DNA of 64,000 nucleotides from contig NW_025766636.1 in the NCBI RefSeq assembly GCF_003918875.1, forward strand, positions 558,001 to 622,000. Direction: 5' to 3'. Shown here piece after piece: positions 48,839-62,033 of this stretch; the first letter of the stretch is position 1, and each line of letters begins with the position of its first letter. The notes under the pieces were generated by a model that was given only the letters and a program-made list of their open reading frames with translations, was not told the origin of the DNA and did not search any database. The translations under genes and the position numbers were made by a program. The DNA is from Haliotis rubra. Lineage: Eukaryota.

Positions 48839-50640
48839 TAAACTCCCCCTGTTGCAACTTTTGTTGATGATGCTTACATGTGTAAAAAGTTACATTGTCC
48901 ATACCAGTTATTTATTAAGAAAGCTGTGATATTTTATGGATGACAACGTCTTTATTACATTATTATTCAACGTTTTGGTATAGATCCTTATACTGTTGTA
49001 AATGATAAATAATTTACAACAAAAATGCTTCTCATATATCTGGAGAGGAATACCGGATAAAGTAAAACGAAACTTAATTGTACAAGATAATAAACACAGA
49101 GGTCTCAAAGTACCCTTAATACCCCTGTATTAGAAACAATATTATCTCCATTTTGAAGTACAGTCAGTAACAAATTAAGATGGTTTCAATTATCGTATAG
49201 TCCACAGAATACTTACAACAAATTGAAGCGCTTTTATCCGTTAACTGCAAACTTCACCACTATGTACATTTTGCACAAATGAAACTATAAAACATGTCTT
49301 ATTTTACTGTGTTCATGTAAAAAGTATGTGGCATCGCTTGTTGGAATGGATTGAATGTGAAACAGACATCTGTCTAAAACCAAATCTAACAGTTAGTAAC
49401 ACATATTTTATTTGGTTACAAATAGAAGAGAAATGATGTGCTAAATTTAATTTTCATTGTTACCAAAAATTACCTGTGTACCTGCAAATGCCGAAAACAA
49501 AGGCCGCATATACATGGCCTAAAAGCAGCCTTAAAAGATGCATACAATGTTAGTAAATGGTTGTTCTTCGCCCGGATACAGATGTGACAAATTCCTCTCA
49601 TTCTGGTCCTCATGCCATAGCCTTTTCACATTATCTATTTTCACATAATTCACTTAGTTATATATCATATTTTCTATATTTGAATGAAAATGCATACAAT
49701 GTATAAGCACAATAACTTGTGTACAGTATATGTGTATGTGAAAGTATGGGAAATATATGTTGAAATATGTATGGTACTCACAAAAAAGAAATAAAGTGAT
49801 AAAAAAACCACTTTAATAATCAATAAACTCCCCCTATTGCAACTTTTGTTGATGATGCTTACATGTGTAAAAAGTTACATTGTCCATACCAGTTATTTAT
49901 TAAGAAAGCTGTGATATTTTATGGATGACAACTTCTTTATTACGTTACGATTCAACGTTTTGGTATAGATCCTTATACCGTTGTCAAGCAAGTAGCACAC
50001 TTGCTCAGTCATACCGTTCTTGTCATTCATCAACTTCTATAATGCCAGTCACACAGATCAGTTATTTCTTATTCTGGAAATTATTTGATCTTCACAATTT
50101 CATTTAGAACACAACTGTCCAGGAACTCAGAATGTGTTTAGAAAGACTGCATATAAAACCAAGAATGTCAGTGTTTTGTTCAGCTGACTCTAGATATCAA
50201 CCATTATTGCCATGGCAGTGTTTTGATCAGCTGACTCTAGATATCATCCATTATTGCCATGGCAGTGTTCACACAAATTACTGAAAGAAACAGCAACAAA
50301 GCATGGTGACATTCCTATCAAACAAATCTGTCATTGCTGTAATTATCTATGCAGTGCTACTATATATTGCAGTGCAATCAGTCTCGAGGGATCTCTCCTG
50401 GCAGTGTTCTCTGTAGCCTGACCATAAACATGTCAGTCAGACACCTCCAGGTGATCCTAGCCACCATTAGCATAGATAATGAATGTGTAACTGCCCCAGG
50501 TGTCCTAGCGACTCACTACACACGTGTCAGTGTGGACGAACATATCGACAGTCAACTTTCATTCAACAGTCTTGCCTGACAATGGTATAAGGATCTATAC
50601 GGAAATGTCACCATAACTGTATATAAAGAAGTCCATAAAT
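48839..50640. mobile_element. Penelope-like terminal-repeat fragments (two direct copies, one inverted)
   Basis: ~160-bp direct repeat 48839-48998 / 49824-49984; inverted partial copy 50571-50639; same layout as 11630-11710. Confidence 0.55.
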
Positions 50641-51633
50641 GGGGTCAACTTTGTAATCGGTCAACTTCTAAGGAATGCCTATCAAACCGCTCAACTTAAT
50701 ATTACGTAGCTTCTGTGTTGATGTCAGGGAGACAGGCTTTATTAGTGTATACTCGTCTACAAATATTTCAGAAGAATTTGTTGCTCTGATTTGAAATTAT
50801 ATTATTCGGTCGTATTAAAATTGTGTGTGTGGTGTATGCAAAGCGTGTGTCACAGTGGAGCAAGGCTAGGGTGACAGCTAGTTATTGTTAGTGCTTACAA
50901 GTGTAGTGAGGGGGCATTGTGGTGAACACAAGGTTATGAGTGATCAGTGAAGCTCTTATATTTCATGGATTACGCTGCTCGTTGAGATTTCTTCACAGTC
51001 TTATGATTCTGAATTGACCAAACGGTTCAAGCTAGTGTCTTATCTTTGGCCAGCTGACATGTGCAGCAGAATTTGTGTTGTAGTCTTTTTTAGGTCTTAA
51101 GTATATTCTCAATTTGTATCTTGATTATTTTGTTGAACAGAGACAGAGAACAGGTTTATTGTTGGACTTATGGTATTTTGTCAGTGGTTTGATGAGTACC
51201 AGTTTCTTTTCAATTAACCTTACAGTGGAGAGGTCAGAAGGTCACCTGAATTACATCCTCGTGGTGTAACTAGTCTTGTCTGTGTGTGTTCACGGATTGA
51301 GCTCTGCCTTGACACTTAATGTTAATATTTTAATAGTGATTTAAGTGGGCTGTTTGCTTGGATTTACCATTGTTGCCCTTGGATACAGGTATATTGAGCT
51401 ATTAAAAATTGAAAAGGGGAATTACAATTACTACAAGCAGAGACTTGATCTGAATTGACTGATCTGTCGTGTTGAGCTTGCCGAGTGAACAACTACCGCG
51501 GTGTAGATGATGCTGCGATGTTCATGTAGGGGAGGAGCAGCTTAGTGACGTTTGGTTTAGTTCTTGTTAGTGCAGTCAGAAGCAGTCTGAAGGAAGCACT
51601 CATGTAGTCAGAAGCAGTCTAAAGGAAGCACTC

Positions 51634-54600
51634 ATGCAGTCAGGTAATGGCCACACCCGCAGATCAGATGGAAGGCAGATTGTAGTTGATTAGGATTCTG
51701 CTAAAGATTTGTTACCATGGTTACTGGAATCATATATCTGTGACCATTTTGCAGTGTGTAACCATGGTAACTCATGCCAGGTCAGAATGAACTGAGTTAC
51801 TATTTTCTGTTGACATTGTACATAAATGTTTTAGCACTCTACATACTGTCATTGTGCTTGTACCAGAAACACTGTGATAGACATGGAGTGGTTATCATCA
51901 AGTGTGTGACATGCATGTTCATTGTGCTTGTACCAGAAACACTGTGATAGACATGGAGTGGTTATCATCAAGTGTGTGACATGCATGTTCATTATGCTTG
52001 TACCAGAAACACTGTGATAGACATGGAGTGGTTATCATCAAGTGTGTGACATGCATGTTCATTGTGCTTGTACCAGAAACACTGTGATAGACATGGAGTG
52101 GTTATTATCAAGTGTGACATGCATGTTCATTGTGCTTGTACCAGAAACACTGTGATAGACATGGAGTGGTTATCATCAAGTGTGACATGCATGTTCATTG
52201 TGCTTGTACCAGAAACACTGTGATAGACATGGAGTGGTTATCATCAAGTGTGTGACATGCATGTTCATTGTGCTTGTACCAGAAACACTGTGATAGACAT
52301 GGAGTGGTTATCATCAAGTGTGTGACATGCATGTTCATTGTGCTTGTACCAGAAACACTGTGATAGACATGGAGTGGTTATCATCAAGTGTGTGACATGC
52401 ATGTTCATTGTGCTTGTGCCAGAAACACTGGAAGTTCTTTTTTTATAAATATGGATGAAATACTACCAAACATGACATTTATGTCTGGACACAAACATCA
52501 GGCTAACACGCATGAGGCACAAGATTATTTTGTGTTTTTTCTGTGATCCACGTGTTTTGGGCATGATAATATATGAATGTTTTTCATTAAATATCTGTTC
52601 CATTTTCAATCATTGTTGTATTACCATGATTACTGTATTTCATCTTAGACCTGGAACTCACAGTGCAGTAAGTTTACAAACTCACAGAAAAATCTGTTTA
52701 TTTATTGGACTGAGTGACAAGAATTGTGAAGTTGACATGTCAACATGTCAAAAGGACATAAACACAGCAATAATAATAATAATAATAATAATGTCACTTA
52801 TAAAGCGCAAATGTCCACAAACTTATGAATTCTCAATGCGCTGAAAAGAATGGAGTAAAAAAACACAGCAATAATAATAATAATAATAATGTCACTTATA
52901 AAGCTTAGGTGGGTGTCCACACACTTATGAATTCTCAATGTGCTGAAAAGAATGGAGTCAAAGGAGTCAGTTATAAAGTTATGGTCACTGTGAAACAGGT
53001 GGGTTTTATCTTTTGACTTGAAGGTTGAGAGAGATTCACAGAGTTTGATTTCTAGAGGTACAGAGTTCCAGAGAGTTGGTGCAACATAGGAGAAAAACCT
53101 TTTCCCATATGAAACTAGGTGGAATTTGGGAACTTGTAGTAGGGACCGGAGTGATCTTGGTGGGATGTATTCTGTGATGCAGAGAAGTTTGAAGTTGATT
53201 CTCTGTTGAATAGGTAGCAAATGCAAGGATTTGAGAACAGGAGAGATGTGATCAGATTTAGTCTTCAGAGAAATAATTCTTGCAGCTGTATTCTGTACTT
53301 TTTGTAATCTGGAGATATTGTGTTTGCTGAGGCCGATCAACAGTCCATTGCTGTAGTCTTGTCTAGATAACACTTGAGAATCCACTCTGAAGAACAGGGG
53401 GCCATGGGGTAGCCTAGTGGTTAAAGCGTTCGCTTGTCACGCCAAAGGCCCGGGTTTGATTCCTCACATGGGTACAATGTGTGAAGCCCATTTCTGGTGT
53501 CCACTGCTGTGATATTGCTGAAATATTGCTAAAAGCAGCGTAAAACCCAACTCACTCACTGAAGAACAGTGGTAAATTTGAGCCCATGAATTGAGATATG
53601 GTTTCATTGCTGCTTTTATTGCCACTGTGCATGCAATTCACCAACTCTAAACAGGACATTTTCCTATGCAACCATTTTTTTGTGAGAATTAAATATGTGA
53701 GTTGTAGGTGACTAACATTCATTGTTAATTATAGGAGGACATTGGAAATGATTGTAAACCTACCTGTTGTCAGACAGTAACTTGTTTGTGACCTTACCAA
53801 TCACAGGTGTGATCATCTATGTGGAATCTCATTTGGGTTTTCCAGTTTTAAACTTGTCCTCTCTGCAGTCTGAGTATTTGTGTTTAGGTGTACCAAAGGT
53901 GACCTTTATTTTAACAAGAAATTGGTTGTGAATATTTAATACCATGTAGATAGAATGTCTTTAATCCAGTTCCTCGTGGCATATTTATCTGCCTGTCATA
54001 TGAGCTTGTAGCAAATGAAAATATCGATCAAGGCTGACATTTTCCCCTCCCATGAACACTTGTTATATATGTTAGATTTTGCAGGACACCGTTTTTTTCA
54101 ACCAGCCATATTGATAATGATTTGCATATGTCTGACATTAGGTTCATGTGGAATACTGTCGGAACAGTCTGTGGTATTATACCGGTATGTAACGGTATTT
54201 CAATGGTAATTTCTGCCAGACATTATGATTATCAACACTCAAAATCTACAGGTCCCAGTAACATCTTGCCGATCAATATCCGGTGTGTATTAGGCATCCG
54301 TCACACTGTAATCCTTCCTCTAACTGTAAGTAGTCCTTTCACGTATGACATTAAGTCACTAATTATTGTAAGACAGTATAGGTAATGGAACCGAAAATAT
54401 TATCTATGAGACATCTTTTGTGTATTGGATCGTAGCTGTTCTATTCTACTCCTTGATGATCAAATCTACATTTATAACCCAATCATTGAGTAAATATTTA
54501 CCCCCGAGTGGAGAAAACGCCAACTGAGAACCACTGATTGCTATATCCTGTGTATCCTCTTTTTGAAGGAACAGAACAGAACAAGCTGGATTTTATTATC

Positions 54601-57600
54601 ATAAATCATACAACATGATATAGTGAACATACAGGATATTTTCATTCAATACCGTGTGCCAATTGGTCGATGCCTTAAAACAGGAATAATATGATTTTCT
54701 TCATCCTCGGTAATCTCCAGGGTATACTTTCTGATAAATCTCCACTAGTACCCTGGATGCATCTACGGCTCAGCCCAATAATTTTGTTACCTCCCTTTGC
54801 TGGCTCCGCCTTCTCACAGTAGCCAATGAGATAACCTGTTACAACTGAGCTGGCCAGTTTCAATAAATATAGTGGCTGCAGCTGCGAAGGTTTGCTCGCT
54901 GTGCAACTCAAATTTAGGGAAAAAATCATACAGACAGATTGACAGGTCTGAAACCTTAAAAAATATATGCAAGAACTCCTTCTACCTCTTTCAGAGGTAG
55001 TGGTGATTTATCGGAACGTATACCCTGGAGATTATCTAGGATGCATTTTTTTTGTAGACTGGACAGTGTCTGTATCAAAGGGGTATTGTCAGTTTTCATT
55101 AGTAAAATATATTTATCAATATGAGAGTTATTACAAAAATTACTAGCAAGTGCACTCTTTTGTACATCATCAAGAGCTGAACATGATAAGATAACACAAT
55201 TCGATATTTAGAACATGGTGTTTACAAATTGTACTTAATATTTTATTTTCTATGTCTATGTTAGACCATCTGCCAGTTTCAACATGATAGTATGTTTTGC
55301 AGTTTTGTTAACCAAATATGTTGTTTCAATGGGAGGCTGATCAAATATGGTTCTGTATTGACAGTATGCTTATCATGCTTAAAATAAGAGTATTATTTAC
55401 CTTTTGATGAGTTTTGTAGGGAATCATTCCATGATTGCTTAAATTGATCTATTAATATACTTTTTACATAGTTTTTCAGACATTTTGAAATATACTTTTC
55501 ACCATCGCTAAAAGATTAAATTAGCCTTTACATTACATATTATCATGTACATAGACTTGGCTAGTGCCTGTAAGATAAAGGTATCAAGTATATATGCATG
55601 GAGATATACATCTTGTCTGGAGGAGTCTTGGAAAGTAATTAATTGTGGAAAACTCATTTTCTTACCAGCATGTTATCTCAAGTATCACTATGCATGCAAT
55701 TTAGGAAGGGGCACCTGATCAGACTAGCTGAGTCAGCATATCACTGATGGTAGATGTGTGAACAATGCACAGGGCATGGTTCTACATAAACTTAGGAGAC
55801 CACAATACACAGGGCATGGTTCTACATAAACTTAGGAGACCACAATACACAGGGCATGGTTCTACATAAACTTAGGAGACCACAATACACAGGGCATGGT
55901 TCTACATAAACTTAGGAGACCACAATACACAGGGCATGGTTCTACATAAACTTAGGAGACCACAATACACAGGCATGGTTCTACATAATGCACAGGGCAT
56001 GGTTCTACATAAACTTAGGAGACCACAAACATTTGTACCTGATGTAGTTTGTATTATTTGTAAATATATAGATTGTACATATGGTTATATTCGCTGTTAA
56101 CAATATTTCAGCAGTTTTACAGAGATTAACAAACAAACATACAAAGAAGGGGGACAAAGTTATGAGAGCGATGAAACCTGAGTTTGCTTTGTTAATCCTT
56201 GTAAATATGTAACCATAGCAACATAAATATGTCCTACCTAGTTGTTGATTAATTCATTTAAGCCATGAAAAGGCCCTTATTGGCAGTCATTTACCCTGAA
56301 AAGGCCTTAAATTTAAAAAAACTTCTCAAGTTATGATTTTACAGAAAATTGATGCATAAAAATTTAGTGCTGGTATTGGCATACAACATGCGATACAATG
56401 CATCAGTATACTAAATTTTAGTGACGACGATATATTGTCAAAGTATTGTGCATGAAAGCTGCAATACCATGCGAATCCCGATATAAGGATGGCGATACGA
56501 TACGTATCACGATATTAATTCTAACACCAACTATAAAACACCTTAAGATCAAAACAAAAACAGTGTTTAAATGAAATTGACTTTAGTCACATTAGGCACA
56601 TTTTTTTAAAGAACAAATACAAAATATATAAAACATAATACTGTTATAAACAGAAAACAGATAAAAAACAGCTGGATGCTGTCACTGCAGTCACATAATA
56701 GAATGAAGTTTGTGCTGATTGTAAAAACAGTATATCTTGACAGATATCGCGATTCGGCAATATTCAAAGTTGTACATCGATGTATCGTGGTGGCCCATTT
56801 GAAGTATGCTATCGGGATATACGACAAAATAGCTTACAATGATGATGTGTGTTTATTAATTTCAATTGCAAAGTTAAACTTTCCCATCACAGTGATATAG
56901 CTAAGATGTAGCATATGTTATATTTGGGATTACACTTTCTCAGTAAAGTACAAATTCTAGTACTTTTGTTGGGTTTAGTCCCATCCGGGATTCGAACCCA
57001 CACTCTGAAAGTGAGGCACCTAATCGCCAGCACACAAAGTCAGCTGCCTAACCCGCTCAGCCACCGAAGTTTCCACTTTCTAAATGGCATTGTGTCTTGA
57101 TGTAGCTAAGAGATATTTCCCTTTGATGGTCAGTCCCACATTCAACCAACTATAGTCCGTTTGATTTCATTTGAGACCGATGAATTGCTCACTATCACAA
57201 AATGTAATAATTGCAACAAAACCAAATTTTGCACAGTCACATGAAATCAACAGACCAACTCTGATGATTTGTATCATAATTTTGGACACCCGAATAAAAA
57301 AGTTGTTTTACAAACGATCCTTATTTTGTAGTCACTTTTCGCTATTTCTAACAAGGGGGGACCACTTGCTGGTAGAACAGCCAGGTGTGCGAGTTGTACA
57401 TGTGAAATTGACATTTCACTGCACACGCTTGTTGATTACCTGGCTGTTCTACCAGCAAGTGGTCCCTGCTTGAGAAAGTTTCTGGATCTATTTCTTGGCA
57501 GTGTCACACCAAAAGACATTAGAAGACGGTTGTTGTTATTATCATGACAGAGGTTCATTATTAAGGGGATTAAACAAGGAGGGGTAGACCTCAACAGATG

Positions 57601-60511
57601 CCCATTGCTGCATGGTATATCATAGGACTAGCATTATGAACCTGCTAGAAGTTCTGTCTGGTACTAGGAGTCACTTTAAAACATGCACACACTCACACAC
57701 ATACATTATTTCTTGCATATCTTTGTAAGAGTAAGAAAGTCAAACCTGTCCTATAACTCCAAGCAACATGTACTGTTATTGCAAACTAGCCATGCACTTA
57801 CAATAGACCTGTCGTGTCTCATCTGCCCTATTGTCTGTGTAGACCTTGTGACATCATCATCTCTGCCACCAGGTGGAGCCAAGAAGTTCCTGTACACGGG
57901 TCCCAAATCTAAGGAACATGCAGAAGAGGACCAGATGAACTTCTCTCCCCGGAAATCCTCCGGCTCCTCACGTAAGAGAGTAGATTGTTGTCAAAGTGTG
58001 TTGAAACAAGTATGAAAATCTACATCCTGAAACCTGCATCACAGTATAACATATCCTCATGCTTCTTTGGAGCTTGTGGCTTGCCCTGTCATCTTAGACA
58101 CCAGTTGGCAACACCAGAAACCTATCATTGGGGTTTAGAATCTCTGTTTACTTGATGGAATTTCTAGGCATGTCAACACCATACCCACGCTTAGGTTCTT
58201 CACCAAAGTGGTAAAGATCTGAGACTGCTTCACTTCTTAACATGATTAAGCAGACATGCTGTGATAAGTGGAATACTGTCTCAAGTGGCGAGAGAGTCAC
58301 TGAAAACTAGGTCTACTAGGTCAGGTAGAAAGATAATCACGGTACACTTCACTGACTTGACACAATATATTATTGTAATATGGGATTACATTCCAAGCTA
58401 CATATATCATGTGGTTGGAAGCTGTAAATCCCAAACTGGTCTGAAACAAGAGCTTGTTTGTTTCAAACAGAAAAGAAGGGATTTGGCACAAGTGCATCAC
58501 TTTTTGTCGCGTTCTCCCTAAGAGAATGTTGTCAACACATCTGATATCCATTGCAATACGGTCACTGCAGTACAGTTTTAATTGACGATACTTGTCACCA
58601 ATGAAGAGCGTGAACAGGGTTATCATATAATCACTAACCTAACACAATATATGGGAATTACATTTCAAGCTACATCAAGCTGTAGATCGCAAACTGATCT
58701 GAAAAAAGATTTGTGTTAAACATATTTTATTGTCCCAAAAGACAAAGGGATTGAGCACAAGTGCATCAATTAGTGTCTCCTTCTCCCTAACAGCATGTTG
58801 TCAATACACAGTACAGTCACAGCAAGACAGTTTTAACTCGTGATGATACTCGTAGAACATGAACAGCGTCTTCAGATACTTGCAGGATGAAGGCTCTGTA
58901 GCTCACCTACTTGGTATTTGTAACATTGTCCTCTGAAACACCATGACAAAAGGTACTGCTCTTGTTCTCAGCTTTGGCTTTAGACCTGGATGAGGTGTGG
59001 AGTATCAAGAGGAATGTCGGCATCGGCGCGGCCCAGCAGGACAAGCTGAACCTGAACGCCAACAAGAGCTTCTACTCCCGACATGGGGGCATGAAAGGTG
59101 AACAACAGTAGCTGACCTGTTGGGTCTGACTTGATTTTTGTTGGTTTAAATCTTTTTTTTAAGTCCTTTTCACTATTTTGTGTAGGGATTTGTAAGTAGT
59201 ATTTGTCTTTTATCGCAGCACTTGGATCTCTGATCTTCCTCCCAAATGAAGCTGAGTTCCCATGATGATGAAATGTTGTTAAACTGATATTAATGTTATA
59301 AGACACCCCAAAAGTGCATCTTATGTACGTATCTTCTGTTCCAGACCCAACTGCATCGTCATCCATCGCTGGTGCTGTGCCAGGTGAGGACAAACATGTG
59401 GAGCAGACATGGCTGACTTTGTAAAGCATACTCTCTCCCAAGTTATGTTTAGGATTGTCTTTATACTGTCCTTTGTCTGTACATGGAGTCCACAGACCGC
59501 CTCCGTGGTGTTAGTGGTTAGAGCGTCCGCCCGGAGTGCGGAAGGTCGCGGGTTCGATCCCCGACCGCCTCAAACCAAAAGACGTTAAAATATGGTACTT
59601 GTTGGTCCCTGCCTGGCTCTCGGCATTAATGGGTACAACAAGGACTGGTCGGCTCGGAGTCAGCATAATGTGTCTGAGTGGGGTATTCATGCTTCACTGC
59701 GGCATGGTATCTCAGTGGGCTAGCACTATAAAACCAGCTTAAGTCTGGGCTAGTACAAGCAGCCACACATACACATACACCCGCATGCACGTCGTCATAT
59801 GAGCAAAATATTCTCAAGCACTACGTTAAACCCAATTCCACCACCACCACCACATGGAGTCCACAGATGCCCAACTAGCCACACACTATGTTGAATTGGT
59901 TCAACAATAGCTTGCTTTGCATGGTAACAGATATACACTGTTATTACACCCCAGTATTACTGCTATTTCCCTCTCTAGTTGTTGTTTATCAGTGTCTGCG
60001 GAAGATATAATTATTACAGGATATGTGTGACAACTCCCTGTTAATGTGGACATAGGTTGGCCCACTTGTATCATCCATATTGTCCTGTTCAGGGAATAAT
60101 GAGTTCTGATTTGGATGCTTTTGATGAGTGCTGCTTCCACCATTCAGAATCATGCAATGATCAATTTGTGAGCGGGGCGGTGGGGTAGCCTAGTGGTTAA
60201 AGCGTTCGCTCGTCACGCCGTAAGACCCGGGTTCGATTCCTCACATGGGTACAAAGTGTGAAGCCCATTTCTGGTGTCCCCTCGCCGTGATATTGCTGGA
60301 ATATTGCTAAAAGCAGCGTAAAACCAAAACTCACTCACTCACTCAATTTGTGAGCTTTTTCTATCAGAGTGTGAAGATACAAGGCACACTACAGTCTGGT
60401 CTATAATTGTATTATGAAACTCCATTTATCATTAGCATGGCCAGCATGTCTTCTACAGAGGATAACCAGATCCAATTTAGACATAATGAAATGTTGGCTT
60501 TCCAAATACAG
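51634..60511 (+). CDS. Unidentified multi-exon gene, 5' part
   Basis: AG/GT-bounded exons 57873-57971, 58984-59097, 59345-59383 (all phase 1-1) and 60459-60511 form one open frame: GGAKKFLYTGPKSK...LDEVWSIKRNVGIGAAQQDKLNLNANKSFYSRHGGMKDPTASSSIAGAVPEDNQIQF...; first coding exon ATGCAGTCAG|gtaatg (51634-51643) is tentative. Confidence 0.55.
51850..52430. repeat. 70-bp tandem repeat (~8 copies)
   Basis: cattgtgcttgtaccagaaacactgtgatagacatggagtggttatcatcaagtgtgtgacatgcatgtt. Confidence 0.95.
52760..53375 (-). mobile_element. 5'-truncated L2/CR1-clade LINE fragment with duplicated 3' tail
   Basis: DYSNGLLIGL..RLQKVQNTAARII..HISPVLKSLHLLPIQQRINFK (ORF2 C-terminus); (ATT)n tail present twice (52760-52860, 52861-52960). 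Confidence 0.85.
53397..53560 (+). mobile_element. tRNA-derived SINE, family A
   Basis: Matches other copies; flanking duplication ctgaagaacag. Confidence 0.9.
54701..55044. mobile_element. MITE-like element with ~50-bp inverted ends
   Basis: catcct..taatctccagggtatac..gataaatc.ccacta / tagtgg.gatttatc..gtataccctggagatta..aggatg. Confidence 0.65.
55768..56027. repeat. 40-bp tandem repeat (~6 copies)
   Basis: acagggcatggttctacataaacttaggagaccacaatac. Confidence 0.95.
56940..57066 (-). mobile_element. tRNA-like head (SINE or pseudo-tRNA)
   Basis: Minus GTGGCTGAGCGGGTTAGGC...GGTTCGAATCCC with an over-long, irregular interior. Confidence 0.5.
57352..57472. repeat. Strong inverted repeat (hairpin)
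   Basis: gggaccacttgctggtagaacagccaggt / acctggctgttctaccagcaagtggtccc, perfect 29-bp arms. Confidence 0.9.
58378..58870. repeat. Diverged ~270-bp tandem duplication
   Basis: atatggga(a)ttacatt.caagctacat...gcacaagtgcatca...ttctccctaa...atgttgtcaa present twice. Confidence 0.75.
59495..59851 (+). mobile_element. Full-length tRNA-derived SINE (Meta-domain-like core)
   Basis: A/B boxes, core GACTGGTCGGCTCGGAGTCAGCATAATGTGTC..GCTAGCACTATAAAA, (CCA)n tail, 16-bp duplication acatggagtccacaga. Confidence 0.85.
60174..60344 (+). mobile_element. tRNA-derived SINE, family A
   Basis: Intact A/B boxes, (ACTC)n tail, duplication tcaatttgtgagc. Confidence 0.92.
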
Positions 60512-61222
60512 GTATGTTACACTCCAGTGTTTCGCATTCCGTGAATTCCTGCCGTTTCAGTATGTTTTGGCCATGGGTTATATAACCCTACAGGAAGTGC
60601 CCCATCTCCCCAGCATCCTGTGTCATGTACTGTCTAGACACAAGCGCAATTACAATAACGTCACTGACATCCTTCCATCAATGAACTACTGCCTTACTCT
60701 ATGTACACATTAGGCATCAATTATGGATTCCATCCCATTTGCTGAACTCTCTGGAGAATAATGTACTCGAGACCACTGATCCTTGAGACCACAACATCTG
60801 TTCTGCTCATTACTCTCCACACTCACACTTCGAACATGCATCATGCATCTACTTCACACTTATGCAAGATAGGCAGTTGGAATGAGTTATTGATGAAGGT
60901 GACACACTGCTTCTGTTCCTTTACAGTTGTGTTTTGAACTCTCATTGACTCCACTACTGACTGGCATGGCACAGGTGTAATGTCTTCAAGAATTTGATAG
61001 AATAACTTCATCAAATGTTCTAATATTTTAATATAAGTAATGCCTATAAACTACATACTTTAATACAAGGTTCTTGTATGAAACAAGTTGAGAGACTTAC
61101 CTCTTGTCAGGCGGGTGTAGCAGCCCACAATAACCCCCACCAGATTATACCCCCAGGTGAACTATAGGCTAGCCCAGGTTTTACCCTGGAGTATATTCTG
61201 AAGCAGGCCAAAGTATACCCCT

Positions 61223-61995
61223 CCAGCCCAGACTATACCTGATTGACTGTGGCACTGATCTCGGTGTCATGTAAAGGTATTTAAAGGTGCCAATTTATAC
61301 TCCTCCAGCCCAGACAATACCTGAGTGACTGTGGCACTGATCTCGGTGTCATGTAAAGGTATTTAAAGGTGCCAATTTGATACTGATCTCTCATGTAGCC
61401 CAGCCCAGACAATACCTGAGTGACTGTGGCACTGATCTCGGTGTCATGTAAAGGTATTTAAAGGTGCCAATTTATACTCCTCCAGCCCAGACAATACCTG
61501 AGTGACTGTGGCACTGATCTCGGTGTCATGTAAAGGTATTTAAAGGTGCCAATTTATACCCCTCCAGCCCAGACAATACCTGAGTGACTGTGGCACTGAT
61601 CTCGGTGTCATGTAAAGGTATTTAAAGGTGCCAATTTATGCTCCTCCAGCCCAGACAATACCTGAGTGACTGTGGCACTGATCTCGGTGTCATGTAAAGG
61701 TATTTAAAGGTGCCAATTTATACCCTCCAGCCCAGACAATACCTGAGTGACTGTGGCACTGATCTCGGTGTCATGTAAAGGTATTTAAAGGTGCCAATTT
61801 ATGCCCCTCCAGCCCAGACAATACCTGAGTGACTGTGGCACTGATCTCGGTGTCATGTAAAGATATTTAAAGGTGCCAATTTATACTCCTCCAGCCCAGA
61901 CAATACCCTTAAAAAATTATGTTGACACTTCACTAAAAGGTAGTGAGTGACTCTGGGCAATGGTCTCAGTGTCATGTTAAGGTATTTAAAGGTGC
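61223..61995. repeat. 82-bp subterminal tandem repeat (~9 copies)
   Basis: ccagcccagacaatacctgagtgactgtggcactgatctcggtgtcatgtaaaggtatttaaaggtgccaatttatactcct. Confidence 0.95.
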
Positions 61996-62033
61996 ATTTC
62001 ATTTTATTTACTATATCACATTCAAACTTCAAC

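Noticed and set aside
60174-60250. tRNA-Asp-like genes (also 3010-3083, 43094, 53397; other tRNA-like head at 59495)
   Set aside because: tRNA-like heads run into shared SINE bodies with tails and target duplications
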